DNA of 64,000 bases, taken from the NCBI GenBank assembly GCA_947501605.1, contig CANMWZ010000006.1, positions 90,517 through 154,516 on the forward strand. Direction: 5' to 3'. Source of the stretch: Planctomycetota bacterium. GTDB lineage: Bacteria; Planctomycetota; UBA1135; UBA2386. Each line of letters opens with the position of its first letter. Positions within the stretch are counted from its first letter, which is position 1. Below the pieces are notes generated by a model. It saw only the letters and a program-made list of their open reading frames with translations, made no database searches and had not been told where the DNA came from. Positions 51,090 to 59,828 of this stretch are shown piece by piece. A program made the position numbers and the translations under genes.

Positions 51090-51827
51090 ATGACCCGCCA
51101 CGTCGTGATCACTGGAGCAAGCTCCGGCATCGGCGCCGCCTGCGCCCGCGCGTTCGCAGCCCTCGGCGATCGTCTGTCGCTCGGCGCCCGCCGCAGCGAA
51201 CGCCTTCGCCTGGTCGCGCCCGCTGCCTTCTGCAGCGAACTCGACGTCACCGTGCCGAGCAGCGTCGAGGCCTTCGTCCACGCTGCGATCGCTGCCAACG
51301 GCCCGATCGACGTCCTTGTCAACAACGCCGGCCTCGCTCGCGGCGTCGAGAAGATCGCCGAGGGCACCGGCGAAGCCTGGCGCGAGATGATCGAGACCAA
51401 TGTCCTCGGCCTACTCGAAGTCACGCGACGCGTGCTGCCGCGGATGATCGAACGGAAGCACGGCCATATCGTCGTCATCGGTTCGGTCGCCGGCCACAAA
51501 GCCTATGTCGGCGGCGGCGTCTATTGTGGCAGCAAGCGCGCCCTGCAGCCGATCTGCGAAGCGATCCGCATGGAGACGCTAGGGCACGACATCCGCGTCA
51601 CGAGCGTGGACCCTGGCTTGGTCGAGACCGAGTTCTCAGTCGTCCGTTTCCGTGGCGACCAACCGCGCGCCGACAAGGTCTACGCCGGCACGAGGCCGCT
51701 GTATGCCGAGGACGTCGCGGAATGCGTCGTCTGGGCTGCGGGTCGACCCGCGCACGTCAACATCGACACCATTGTCGTGATGCCGACGGACCAGGCGAGC
51801 CCGCAGATGGTGCACCGCACGTCCTGA
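51090..51827 (+). CDS. Short-chain dehydrogenase/reductase (YdfG-like)
   Basis: TGASSGIG, NNAG, YCGSK, DPGLVETEFS, PAHVNI. Confidence 0.92.
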   Translation: MTRHVVITGASSGIGAACARAFAALGDRLSLGARRSERLRLVAPAAFCSELDVTVPSSVEAFVHAAIAANGPIDVLVNNAGLARGVEKIAEGTGEAWREMIETNVLGLLEVTRRVLPRMIERKHGHIVVIGSVAGHKAYVGGGVYCGSKRALQPICEAIRMETLGHDIRVTSVDPGLVETEFSVVRFRGDQPRADKVYAGTRPLYAEDVAECVVWAAGRPAHVNIDTIVVMPTDQASPQMVHRTS

Positions 51828-51848
51828 GTGCGCGGTGACGCCCGCCCG

Positions 51849-53159
51849 TCACTTCGCTGCTTTCGTGTTCGTGGGCACGGTTGCAGCCTCGTAGCCAGCG
51901 GGCTTGGGCAAATGCGGCATGCGCAGCGCCAACACCGCCATCGCCGTGCCGTAGCCGGCGGAGCGGTCGAACTGGCGGTCGTTCCAGGTGCCGTCTTGAT
52001 CCATCGAACGCGCAAGGAATGCGCGCATGCGCGTGCGCAACGCATCCTTGTCCTCGCCATCGGGCAGCATCTCGATCGCCTGTGCGGCATACACGTGCCC
52101 GAACAGGAAGTAGTACGGCGCGATACCGAAGGGCTGGATGTGGGTCCCTTGCTGACTCTTCCGCACCGCGAGGTCATCCCAGTGCGCAAAGAACCAATCG
52201 ACTGACCGCCGCAGGCGTGCGGCATCGCCGCGCCCCGCGAGCTGCAGCGTGGTCTCGACCAGAGCCGCGCGCGATGCGCTGCTGCCGACCTTGTCCATCA
52301 TCGTCAGCCTTTCCTCCTCGACGTCGTTCTGGCTCTTCAGTGCCGCACCGTAGCCATAGGCGCCGGGCGCGCTGCGCGAACGTTCGAGTGCTGCCAGCGC
52401 CTGCGCGATGACTCTGTCGTCAACGGCATGGCCGCGGGCCTTGGCCAAGAACAGTGCCTGGAGAGCCGGCGCCGTCATGAACGTCGAGGCGGTGTTGCGC
52501 GGACTCTCGTAGCCGGCACGCCGCGAGTAGTTCCAGCCACCGGCCTCGGGGATAGCCGACTCGCACAACGCCTTCACGAGCCACTTGGTCTTGGCCTCGA
52601 CTGTTGCCGCGCACTCCGTCGGCACGGCCTTCGCTCCCTCTAGGCTCAGGAACAACTGCAGTGCGTAGATGTGGCCCCAGCCACGCACGTCGTAGTTGCC
52701 GATGAACTCGAGCGACATCCGCGGTTCGTCGAGGGTCTTCAGCACGAACCCGACGCCGGCCGCGACCGCCTTCTGGCGGGCGGCATCGCCTGCATAGCCC
52801 TTGGCCGCAAGCAGCGACAGACACACGATCGCCGTGCCGCCGACGCGGTAGCCGACCGGCAGCTGACCACGGTCCTCGCGATAGACGCCTTCGTAGGGCC
52901 ACTGGTCACCGTCGCCCTCCTTCAGTTGCAGCAGACGCACAACCGCGCGCTCCACGGCGATGTCGGCGTCGAGCGGGGTCGCTTCGGGCACCGGGAACTT
53001 CGTGAAGCGGATCGGCTTCGTCGCAGCCTCGGGCGTGGCGTCCGCCTTGTTGCCGTTCACGGCCTTCTTGCTGTCCGGCTCACCGCCTTGCTGGGCGCGG
53101 AGCGTGGCGATCTGCGGGAGCGCGCAGAGTAGCGCGACGACAAGTGCTGCGAACTTCAT
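51849..53159 (-). CDS. Exported prenyltransferase/terpene-cyclase-like (alpha/alpha) barrel protein
   Basis: Signal peptide ending LRA-Q; QW-like repeats (DGDQWP, AGGWNY, QDGTWN) and PYYFLFGHVYAAQA. Confidence 0.65.
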   Translation of the reverse strand: MKFAALVVALLCALPQIATLRAQQGGEPDSKKAVNGNKADATPEAATKPIRFTKFPVPEATPLDADIAVERAVVRLLQLKEGDGDQWPYEGVYREDRGQLPVGYRVGGTAIVCLSLLAAKGYAGDAARQKAVAAGVGFVLKTLDEPRMSLEFIGNYDVRGWGHIYALQLFLSLEGAKAVPTECAATVEAKTKWLVKALCESAIPEAGGWNYSRRAGYESPRNTASTFMTAPALQALFLAKARGHAVDDRVIAQALAALERSRSAPGAYGYGAALKSQNDVEEERLTMMDKVGSSASRAALVETTLQLAGRGDAARLRRSVDWFFAHWDDLAVRKSQQGTHIQPFGIAPYYFLFGHVYAAQAIEMLPDGEDKDALRTRMRAFLARSMDQDGTWNDRQFDRSAGYGTAMAVLALRMPHLPKPAGYEAATVPTNTKAAK

Positions 53160-53731
53160 GCGGGCATCGCTTCCTCGACCGCCGCACACAAGAGGTGCAC
53201 GACGACCAGATGAGATTCTTGGATTCGCGCGGTGTTGGCCGACGGCACCTGCACTGCAATGTCCGCGAGCTCGACTGCCGCGCCACGCTTCTCGCCACAC
53301 ATCACGGCGGTGGTGATGCCCATTTGCTTCGCGGCTTGCATCGCGGCGACGACGTTCTTGCTGCCGCCGCTCGTGGTGATGCCGATCAGAAGGTCGCCTG
53401 GGCGGCCTAGCGCTTGCACCTCGCGCGAGAACACGTGCTCGTAGCCAGCGTCGTTGCCAATCGCCGTGAGGTTTGGCACCGAGTGCCCAAGTGCGAGCGC
53501 GGCGTAGGCGCGTCGCTGCTTCTTCTCGAACCAACCGACCAGTTCTCCGGCAGCATGCGCGGCATCGCACGACGAACCGCCGTTGCCACACAGCATGATC
53601 TTGCCGCCCGACTTCAGTACGGCGATCGCGCGATCGCACAGCGCGCGGATGCTCGGGAGACAGTGCTGCAGCAGGCGTTGCTTGGTCGCGATGCTCTCTT
53701 CGATCGTGGCACGCAGGACGGCGTCGTTCAT
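53156..53731 (-). CDS. gmhA: Phosphoheptose isomerase (SIS domain)
   Basis: CGNGGS..DA.H..EL, TAIGND.GY..VFSR, TSGGSKNV, TARIQE.H...H. Confidence 0.93.
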   Translation of the reverse strand: MNDAVLRATIEESIATKQRLLQHCLPSIRALCDRAIAVLKSGGKIMLCGNGGSSCDAAHAAGELVGWFEKKQRRAYAALALGHSVPNLTAIGNDAGYEHVFSREVQALGRPGDLLIGITTSGGSKNVVAAMQAAKQMGITTAVMCGEKRGAAVELADIAVQVPSANTARIQESHLVVVHLLCAAVEEAMPA

Positions 53732-53764
53732 CGCCGCGGACGTTACCAGCCGGCGAGCAGAACT

Positions 53765-54970
53765 TCAGCGCCGTGTCGTCGTGCGTTCGAGCGGCTGGGC
53801 CTCGCTGCCGCCGCGCGACCAGAATCGTGCCCCACCAGCCCGGGGCTCCTGGAGCAGCAACCCGTCGCCGAACGGGTCCTGCAGCGGCAATGCCGTACCC
53901 GTCCGTCGATACGTGACCGCCATGCGCAGCAGCCGCAAATGCGTGCGCACGGTGCGCAGCGTCCGCTCGCCGCCCAGCAAGGTCTCGCTCCAGCCTACCA
54001 GCAGCGAACCGCCGTCCGTAGAGAGCCGCGCCCGCTGCGTCGCCAGCAGCTGTTCGCGCTGCGGCCAAGCCAGTTCCGACCCCTGCACCAACGCCTCGCA
54101 GACATCCACCAGCAGCATCACCGAATCAGCGGCCGCCCAGCGTTTGGACCACCCGTAGTGCCAGCTGGTCTTGGTCAGCTCCAGCGACTCTGCCGCTGGC
54201 GGTTCGCCGACGGCGCCCTTCTGCAGCGTGTTGGCCAACAGCAACGCTTCGCCGCGACCGTCAAAGCCCGGGCGGCAGCGCTCGTCGAGCCGTTCCAGCG
54301 CTTGCTCCAGGACGCCGAGCTCGCGGGCGGAGAGTTGGCGCAACACGTCCTCGCCAAGGGCTTCCATCACCACGATCGCCAGCAGCGAACTAGCGACCAT
54401 CTGGTCGACGATCACGGGCGACTGCTGCAGATCACTCGCAAACGTCGCGGCGTCGAGGAGGAGCTCGAGCCCCGCGGTCGAGTTGCCGGACGCACAATGA
54501 CGACGAGCGACGATCAGGCAGGCGTTGACCAAATCACGCGCGGGCATCAGATGGGTCTGGTTGGCGTTGATTCCGTGTTTCCACTGCACCGCCGGCCGGG
54601 CGTCGCTCTTGTGCGCGCCCGCCTGCATCGTGGTGATCGGTGTCTGCCAGCGGACTTCGAACGCTGCGGCTGCCGCGATCGTCACACGGTCGCTGTGTAG
54701 TCGCAGATCGCGCAGCAAGGTCGTGTCGTCGCGGCCCAGCTCCTTGGCTTGTTCGATGGCCCGCGGGTAGACCTCGAAGGCCGACCCCGCAACAGACTCG
54801 CCGAACAGCGGAGTTCTCGTGAAGTCGCGCTCCTTCCAGTCGAGCTCGCTGCGCAGAGCCCACTGCGTCATCTCGCGCCAGCGCTCCGTGGCCCTTCCTG
54901 GCACCACCACAAGACCCACCGACAGCAGCGGCAGCAACGCCGCAGCAGCGATCAAGACGCGGATGTTCAT
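53765..54970 (-). CDS. Hypothetical protein, N-terminal membrane anchor, mostly helical
   Basis: Hydrophobic N-terminus; typical codon usage; C-terminal LQDPFGD..FWSRG motif. Confidence 0.65.
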   Translation of the reverse strand: MNIRVLIAAAALLPLLSVGLVVVPGRATERWREMTQWALRSELDWKERDFTRTPLFGESVAGSAFEVYPRAIEQAKELGRDDTTLLRDLRLHSDRVTIAAAAAFEVRWQTPITTMQAGAHKSDARPAVQWKHGINANQTHLMPARDLVNACLIVARRHCASGNSTAGLELLLDAATFASDLQQSPVIVDQMVASSLLAIVVMEALGEDVLRQLSARELGVLEQALERLDERCRPGFDGRGEALLLANTLQKGAVGEPPAAESLELTKTSWHYGWSKRWAAADSVMLLVDVCEALVQGSELAWPQREQLLATQRARLSTDGGSLLVGWSETLLGGERTLRTVRTHLRLLRMAVTYRRTGTALPLQDPFGDGLLLQEPRAGGARFWSRGGSEAQPLERTTTRR

Positions 54971-55236
54971 GCCTCGATGTCGACCGTCTGGCCGAAGGCG
55001 CGATACGGCACGCCTGAGACACCCGTGTCATCGAAGGCTCTCTGGCCGCCGCGAAGGTCCACGGCAAACGTGGCCCGGCCCCCTCGACGCGCTAGAGTGC
55101 GCCGCGTCGATGACCGGTCTTGTGGACTGCGACTGCATGGGGGTCTCGAACTGCTCGGGGGTTCGCGGCGCGGTCGTCGACAGTGGCAGATTCGAGCGGG
55201 CAGACAACACGCGTACGGCGGACTGAGGGCACGACG

Positions 55237-56274
55237 ATGTTGCACATCGATGGAACGGAAGGAGAAGGCGGTGGCCAGGTACTGCGAACGGCACTGACGC
55301 TGTCACTTCTGACCGGTACGCCCATCCACCTCGACGGCATCCGCGGTCGCCGCAAGAACCCCGGCCTGCAGCGCCAGCACCTGACCTGCGTACAGGCTGC
55401 AACGGCCATTGGCGCGGCGGACGTGCACGGCGCCGCCATCGGATCGACGGCCCTTACGTTTGCCCCGCAAGGCATCCGCGCCGGCTCGTACACGTTCTCG
55501 GTCGGAACCGCCGGCAGCACCACACTCGTGCTCCAGACCGTGCTTCCAGCCCTGCTGCGTGCGAACGCAACCTCGACCGTGGTGATCAACGGCGGCACGC
55601 ACAACCCGATGGCGCCGCCGTTCGACTTCGTCCAGCGCGCCTATGCTCCGGCCCTGCAAGGCATGGGTGCGAACATCGAGTTGCAACTGCTGCGGCACGG
55701 CTTCTACCCCGTCGGTGGCGGCATGTTGTCCGCGACCATCGAGCCGGCGTACCAGCTCAGGCCGCTGCAACTGCTCGAACGCAGAAATCCCCGGCCGTGG
55801 CGCGCGCGCGTGTTGATGTCGAAGCTGCCAACCGAGATCGGCGAACGCGAACTGGACCATCTGCTGTCGCGACTCTCGCGCACCCACCTCAGTTTCGACG
55901 ACACGGCGCTCGAGCGCGTCGACGCCGAGGATCCGGCCAATGTGCTGCTACTGGAGTTGCCGCACGACACCTTGTGCGAAGTCCTGTGTGCGTTCGGAGA
56001 GCGCGGCGTGCCGGCCGAGCAGCTCGCCGACCGCATCGCCACCGAAGCACTGATGCTGGGGTCTGCGGATGTACCGGTGGGACCCTACCTCGCCGATCAG
56101 CTGCTTGTGCCGATGGCGCTCGCCGGCAGTGGCGCCTTCCGCTCCGTCAGGCCGACGCTGCACTGCACGACCAACGCACGGCTGATCGAACGCTTCTTGC
56201 CGGTGGGGTTCACGTTCACGGAAGTCGCGAACCGACCGGGGACCTGGCAAGTGGACTGCAGCACGCGCAGTTGA
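55237..56274 (+). CDS. rtcA: RNA 3'-terminal phosphate cyclase
   Basis: IDGTEGEGGGQVLR, PGLQRQH, TAGS.TLVLQT, GGTHN..AP, GFYP.GGG, YLADQL, catalytic H in LHCTTN. Confidence 0.95.
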   Translation: MLHIDGTEGEGGGQVLRTALTLSLLTGTPIHLDGIRGRRKNPGLQRQHLTCVQAATAIGAADVHGAAIGSTALTFAPQGIRAGSYTFSVGTAGSTTLVLQTVLPALLRANATSTVVINGGTHNPMAPPFDFVQRAYAPALQGMGANIELQLLRHGFYPVGGGMLSATIEPAYQLRPLQLLERRNPRPWRARVLMSKLPTEIGERELDHLLSRLSRTHLSFDDTALERVDAEDPANVLLLELPHDTLCEVLCAFGERGVPAEQLADRIATEALMLGSADVPVGPYLADQLLVPMALAGSGAFRSVRPTLHCTTNARLIERFLPVGFTFTEVANRPGTWQVDCSTRS

Positions 56275-56494
56275 CGCCAGGCGCGGGACCGGTTGCCCCT
56301 TGCCCGAACCGGGCGTCGGCGGAGGTTCGCGGCGGCTGTGCTGGGCGATCCAGCGGGCCGTGGGCAGGATCCTGGACGACACGAAGCGCCAGCAACAGCA
56401 ACCCAGGGCAGCAACACCGGCATCGCGCGAGACGGTCGCCGGACGGCGAGCGAGCGCCCCCCAAGACCTTGCCCAACCCCGCCTCAACACCATA

Positions 56495-56519
56495 GATACT
56501 AGCTGGTATCCAACTGGAT
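56495..56519. promoter_or_regulatory. Candidate operator: overlapping AT-rich palindromes upstream of lipA
   Basis: gatactagctggtatc (near-perfect inverted repeat, 56495-56510) overlaps atcca-ac-tggat (56508-56519), about 75 nt before lipA. Confidence 0.35.
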
Positions 56520-56593
56520 CCTCGCCCCCTCCCTCGCCTAACCTGTCCGCCTCTTCGCCGCCCCCCTACTACTGCCTTTCACTGCCCCCTCCG

Positions 56594-57568
56594 ATGGCCA
56601 TCGCCGACGGCAAGCGCATCACTCCCGGCCCCAAGCCCGACTGGTTGAAGGTCAAAGTCCCGGCCGGCAAGACCGTCGCGCGACTGGAGGGTCTGCTGCG
56701 CGAACGCGGGCTGCACACCGTCTGCGAAGAGGCCCGCTGCCCCAACATGGGTGAGTGTTGGGACTCTGGCACAGCGACCTTCATGGTGCTGGGCGACACC
56801 TGCACGCGGGGCTGCCGATTCTGCGCGGTCAAGACCCACAGCAAAGGCAATCCCGTCGACCACGACGAGCCAAGCAAGGTCGCCGAAGCGTGCGCCGCAA
56901 TGAAGCTCCGCTACGTCGTGCTGACTATGGTCGATCGAGACGATCTCGACGACGGCGGCAGCGGCCATGTCGCGGCGACGATTGCCGCCATCAAACAGCG
57001 CGACCCGGAAATGCTGGTCGAAGCGCTGGTCGGCGACTTCCAAGGGCGACAGGACCAGATCGAAAGTGTGCTCGAGGGCAAGCCCGACGTGTTCGCCCAC
57101 AACGTCGAAACCGTGCTGCGGCTCACGCCGCGCGTACGCGACCACCGCTGCAGCTATGTCCGTTCGCTGCAAGTGCTGAAGACGGCCAAGCAGCTCGCCC
57201 CCGGCATCGTGACCAAGAGTTCGTTGATGCTGGGCCTCGGCGAGAGCGAGCGCGAAGTCGAACAAGCCATCGACGATTTGCGCGAGCACGACGTCGACGT
57301 CGTGACGTTCGGGCAGTACCTGCGCCCCTCGCTGCTGCACTTGCCAGTTCGCGAGCACGTGACGCCGGCGCGCTTCGCCGCACTCGAACAGCGGGCGCAG
57401 AAGAAGGGCTTCCTCTACGTCGCCTCCGGGCCGCTGGTCCGGTCGAGCTACAAGGCCGCCGAGTTCTTTCTCGCCGGCATGCTGCGCCAACGCCGTTCCC
57501 TCGAAGCCGCGCGCGCAAGCGCGCCCGCCTCGGCTACCGACCAAACCCTCGCCAAGGACACGCCATGA
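56594..57568 (+). CDS. lipA: Lipoyl synthase
   Basis: KPDWLK, CEEARCPNMGEC, CTRGCRFC radical SAM motif, HNVETV, GQYLRP, VRSSY. Confidence 0.97.
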   Translation: MAIADGKRITPGPKPDWLKVKVPAGKTVARLEGLLRERGLHTVCEEARCPNMGECWDSGTATFMVLGDTCTRGCRFCAVKTHSKGNPVDHDEPSKVAEACAAMKLRYVVLTMVDRDDLDDGGSGHVAATIAAIKQRDPEMLVEALVGDFQGRQDQIESVLEGKPDVFAHNVETVLRLTPRVRDHRCSYVRSLQVLKTAKQLAPGIVTKSSLMLGLGESEREVEQAIDDLREHDVDVVTFGQYLRPSLLHLPVREHVTPARFAALEQRAQKKGFLYVASGPLVRSSYKAAEFFLAGMLRQRRSLEAARASAPASATDQTLAKDTP

Positions 57569-58677
57569 GCAACGACCTGCTCACCATCATCGACCAGGAC
57601 GGCAAGACGCAGAAGGGCAAGGACCCTGGCCTGCCGAAGGACGAGCTGCAGCGCCTGTACCGACTGATGGTCGCCACGCGCCTGCTCGACGAACGCGGGC
57701 TGGCGATGCAACGCCAGGGCCGCATCGGCTTTTATCTGCAGTCGACCGGCCAGGAGGCGTCGCACCTCGGCGCGGCCTATGCGTTGGCAGACCGCGACTG
57801 GCTGTTCCCGGCCTATCGACAACCCGGCATCCTGCTGCTGCGCGACATCTCGATCGACAAGATCGTGAGCGAATGGCTCGGCAACTCGGGCGACACCAGC
57901 AAAGGCCGGCAGATGCCGGTGCACTACAGCTTCCGCGAAGCGAACTTCGTCAGCATCAGCTCGCCGATCGGTACGCAACTGACGCACGCAGCGGGCGCCG
58001 GCATGGCGGCGCGTATCCGCGGCGACGACACCGTGTTCATGACCTTCTGCGGCGACGGCGGCACCAGCAGCAACGACTTCCATACGGGGCTCAACTTCGC
58101 CGGCGTCACCAAGGCACCGGTGGTGTTCGTCTGTGAAAACAACGGCTGGGCCATTTCGGTGCCGCAGTGCAAGCAGACTGCGTCCGAGTCAATGGCAATC
58201 AAAGCGCAGGCCTACGGCATGCCCGGCGTGCGCGTCGACGGCAACGACATCCTCGCGGTCTATCGCGTCTGCAAGGAAGCCGTCGATCGCGCCCGCCGCG
58301 GCGACGGCCCGACTCTGGTCGAGACCGTGACCTATCGCATGGCCTCGCACAGCAGCTCTGACGACGCCGCACGCTATCGCGACGCCACGGAGTACGAGGC
58401 CTGGAAGAAGAAGGACCCGATCGCCCGGTTCCAGCTCTACCTCAAGCAGCGGAAGCTCTGGGACGAGACCTTTGAAGCCGAGGTCGTCGAAACGGCCAAG
58501 GCGAAGCTCGCCGAAGGCGTCAAGCTCGCGGAAGCGCGGGCCAACCTGGGCCCGGAGTCCTTGTTCGACGACGTCTTCATGAACCTCACGCCGCAGTTGA
58601 AGGCGCAGCGCCAAGAGCTCGCGGAGTTGATGTCGAAAGGTGGCGTCGGCGCCGACGTCGGCCACTTCCCGCTCTGA
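57565..58677 (+). CDS. 2-oxoacid dehydrogenase E1 alpha subunit (branched-chain/pyruvate type), copy 1
   Basis: QRQGRIGFY, GRQMPVHY, GDGGTS..NN.WAIS ThDP motif, HSSSDD. Start overlaps the lipA stop. Confidence 0.93.
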   Translation: MSNDLLTIIDQDGKTQKGKDPGLPKDELQRLYRLMVATRLLDERGLAMQRQGRIGFYLQSTGQEASHLGAAYALADRDWLFPAYRQPGILLLRDISIDKIVSEWLGNSGDTSKGRQMPVHYSFREANFVSISSPIGTQLTHAAGAGMAARIRGDDTVFMTFCGDGGTSSNDFHTGLNFAGVTKAPVVFVCENNGWAISVPQCKQTASESMAIKAQAYGMPGVRVDGNDILAVYRVCKEAVDRARRGDGPTLVETVTYRMASHSSSDDAARYRDATEYEAWKKKDPIARFQLYLKQRKLWDETFEAEVVETAKAKLAEGVKLAEARANLGPESLFDDVFMNLTPQLKAQRQELAELMSKGGVGADVGHFPL

Positions 58678-58681
58678 CATT

Positions 58682-58735
58682 CGTCCACGCATCTAACGGC
58701 GTCCACGCATCCAACGGCGCCCACGCATCCACGAG
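58682..58735. repeat. 18-bp tandem repeat, about 3 copies, between E1alpha and E1beta
   Basis: cgtccacgcatctaacgg / cgtccacgcatccaacgg / cgcccacgcatccacgag. Confidence 0.8.
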
Positions 58736-58744
58736 AACGGAACC

Positions 58745-59761
58745 ATGACTGCAACCGAGACCAAGACCGGCACGAGCAAGGCCGGGACCAAGGTGATGAC
58801 GCTGCTCGAGGCGATCACCGATGCGCTTCGCCACGAGATGAAGCAGGACGACCGCGTCCTCGTCTTCGGCGAGGACGTGGGCAAGAAAGGCGGCGTGTTC
58901 GGCGCCACGCTGGGCCTGCAGGATGAGTTCGGCGAGCAGCGTTGCTTTGACTCGCCGCTGTCCGAGTGCGGCATCATCGGCACCGGAATCGGCATGGCGC
59001 TCTACGGCATGCGCCCGGTCGCCGAGATCCAGTTCCTCGACTTCATCTACCCAGCCTTTGACCAGATCGTCAGCGAAGCGGCGAAGATGCGCTATCGCTC
59101 GGGTGGCGAGTACACCTGCCCGATGGTCATTCGCTCGCCCTACGGCGGCGGCATCCGCGGCGGCCATTATCACAGCCAATCGAGCGAGGCCTACTTCTGC
59201 CATACACCGGGCCTCAAGGTCGTGATCCCGAGCACTCCGGCAGACGCCAAGGGCCTCCTGATCGCATCGATCCGCGACGAAGACCCGGTGATGTTCTTGG
59301 AGCCAAAGGCGCTGTATCGCCATGCCAAGGGTGAAGTCCCCCTCGGCGAACACGTCGTGCCGCTTGGCAAGGCGCGCATCGCCCGCGACGGCACCGACGT
59401 GACGATCCTGTGCTACGGCGCGATGGTTCCGGTCTGCCTCGCCGCCGCCGAGACCGCAGCGCAAGCCGGCCGCAGCATCGAGGTCATCGACCTGCGCACG
59501 CTGGTGCCACTGGACGAAGCGACCGTGCTCGAATCGGTCAAGAAAACCGGCCGCTGCGTGATCGTCTACGAAGCGCCCAAGACCTGCGGCTACGGCGCCG
59601 AGCTGTCGGCAATCGTCGGCGAGCGCTGCATCGAGTATCTCGAAGGCCCGATCGTGCGCGTCGCCGGCTTTGACACGCCGTTCCCGTACACCCTCGAGCA
59701 CCTGTACATGCCGGACCAGAAGCGCGTGCTCGCCGGCATCGAGAAGACCTTCGTCTGGTGA
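58745..59761 (+). CDS. 2-oxoacid dehydrogenase E1 beta subunit
   Basis: GEDVG..GGVF, PLSECGI, AEIQF.DF, GGHYHSQS.E, FLEPK.LY, IDLRTLVPLD. Confidence 0.95.
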   Translation: MTATETKTGTSKAGTKVMTLLEAITDALRHEMKQDDRVLVFGEDVGKKGGVFGATLGLQDEFGEQRCFDSPLSECGIIGTGIGMALYGMRPVAEIQFLDFIYPAFDQIVSEAAKMRYRSGGEYTCPMVIRSPYGGGIRGGHYHSQSSEAYFCHTPGLKVVIPSTPADAKGLLIASIRDEDPVMFLEPKALYRHAKGEVPLGEHVVPLGKARIARDGTDVTILCYGAMVPVCLAAAETAAQAGRSIEVIDLRTLVPLDEATVLESVKKTGRCVIVYEAPKTCGYGAELSAIVGERCIEYLEGPIVRVAGFDTPFPYTLEHLYMPDQKRVLAGIEKTFVW

Positions 59762-59828
59762 TCGCGATCGATCGCGCCCCACCGGACCAACACCACACAC
59801 CACGCATACCGACTACAGAGAACGCGAC

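Noticed and set aside
53160-54068. 5' extension of the 739-aa ORF 51849..54068
   Set aside because: It overlaps gmhA and the next gene in other frames. The real protein starts at the signal peptide MKFAALVV (53159).
54971-55236. Sigma-54 promoter or tRNA-like Y RNA upstream of rtcA
   Set aside because: No correctly spaced TGGCAC-N5-TTGC and no convincing T-arm/acceptor-stem structure.
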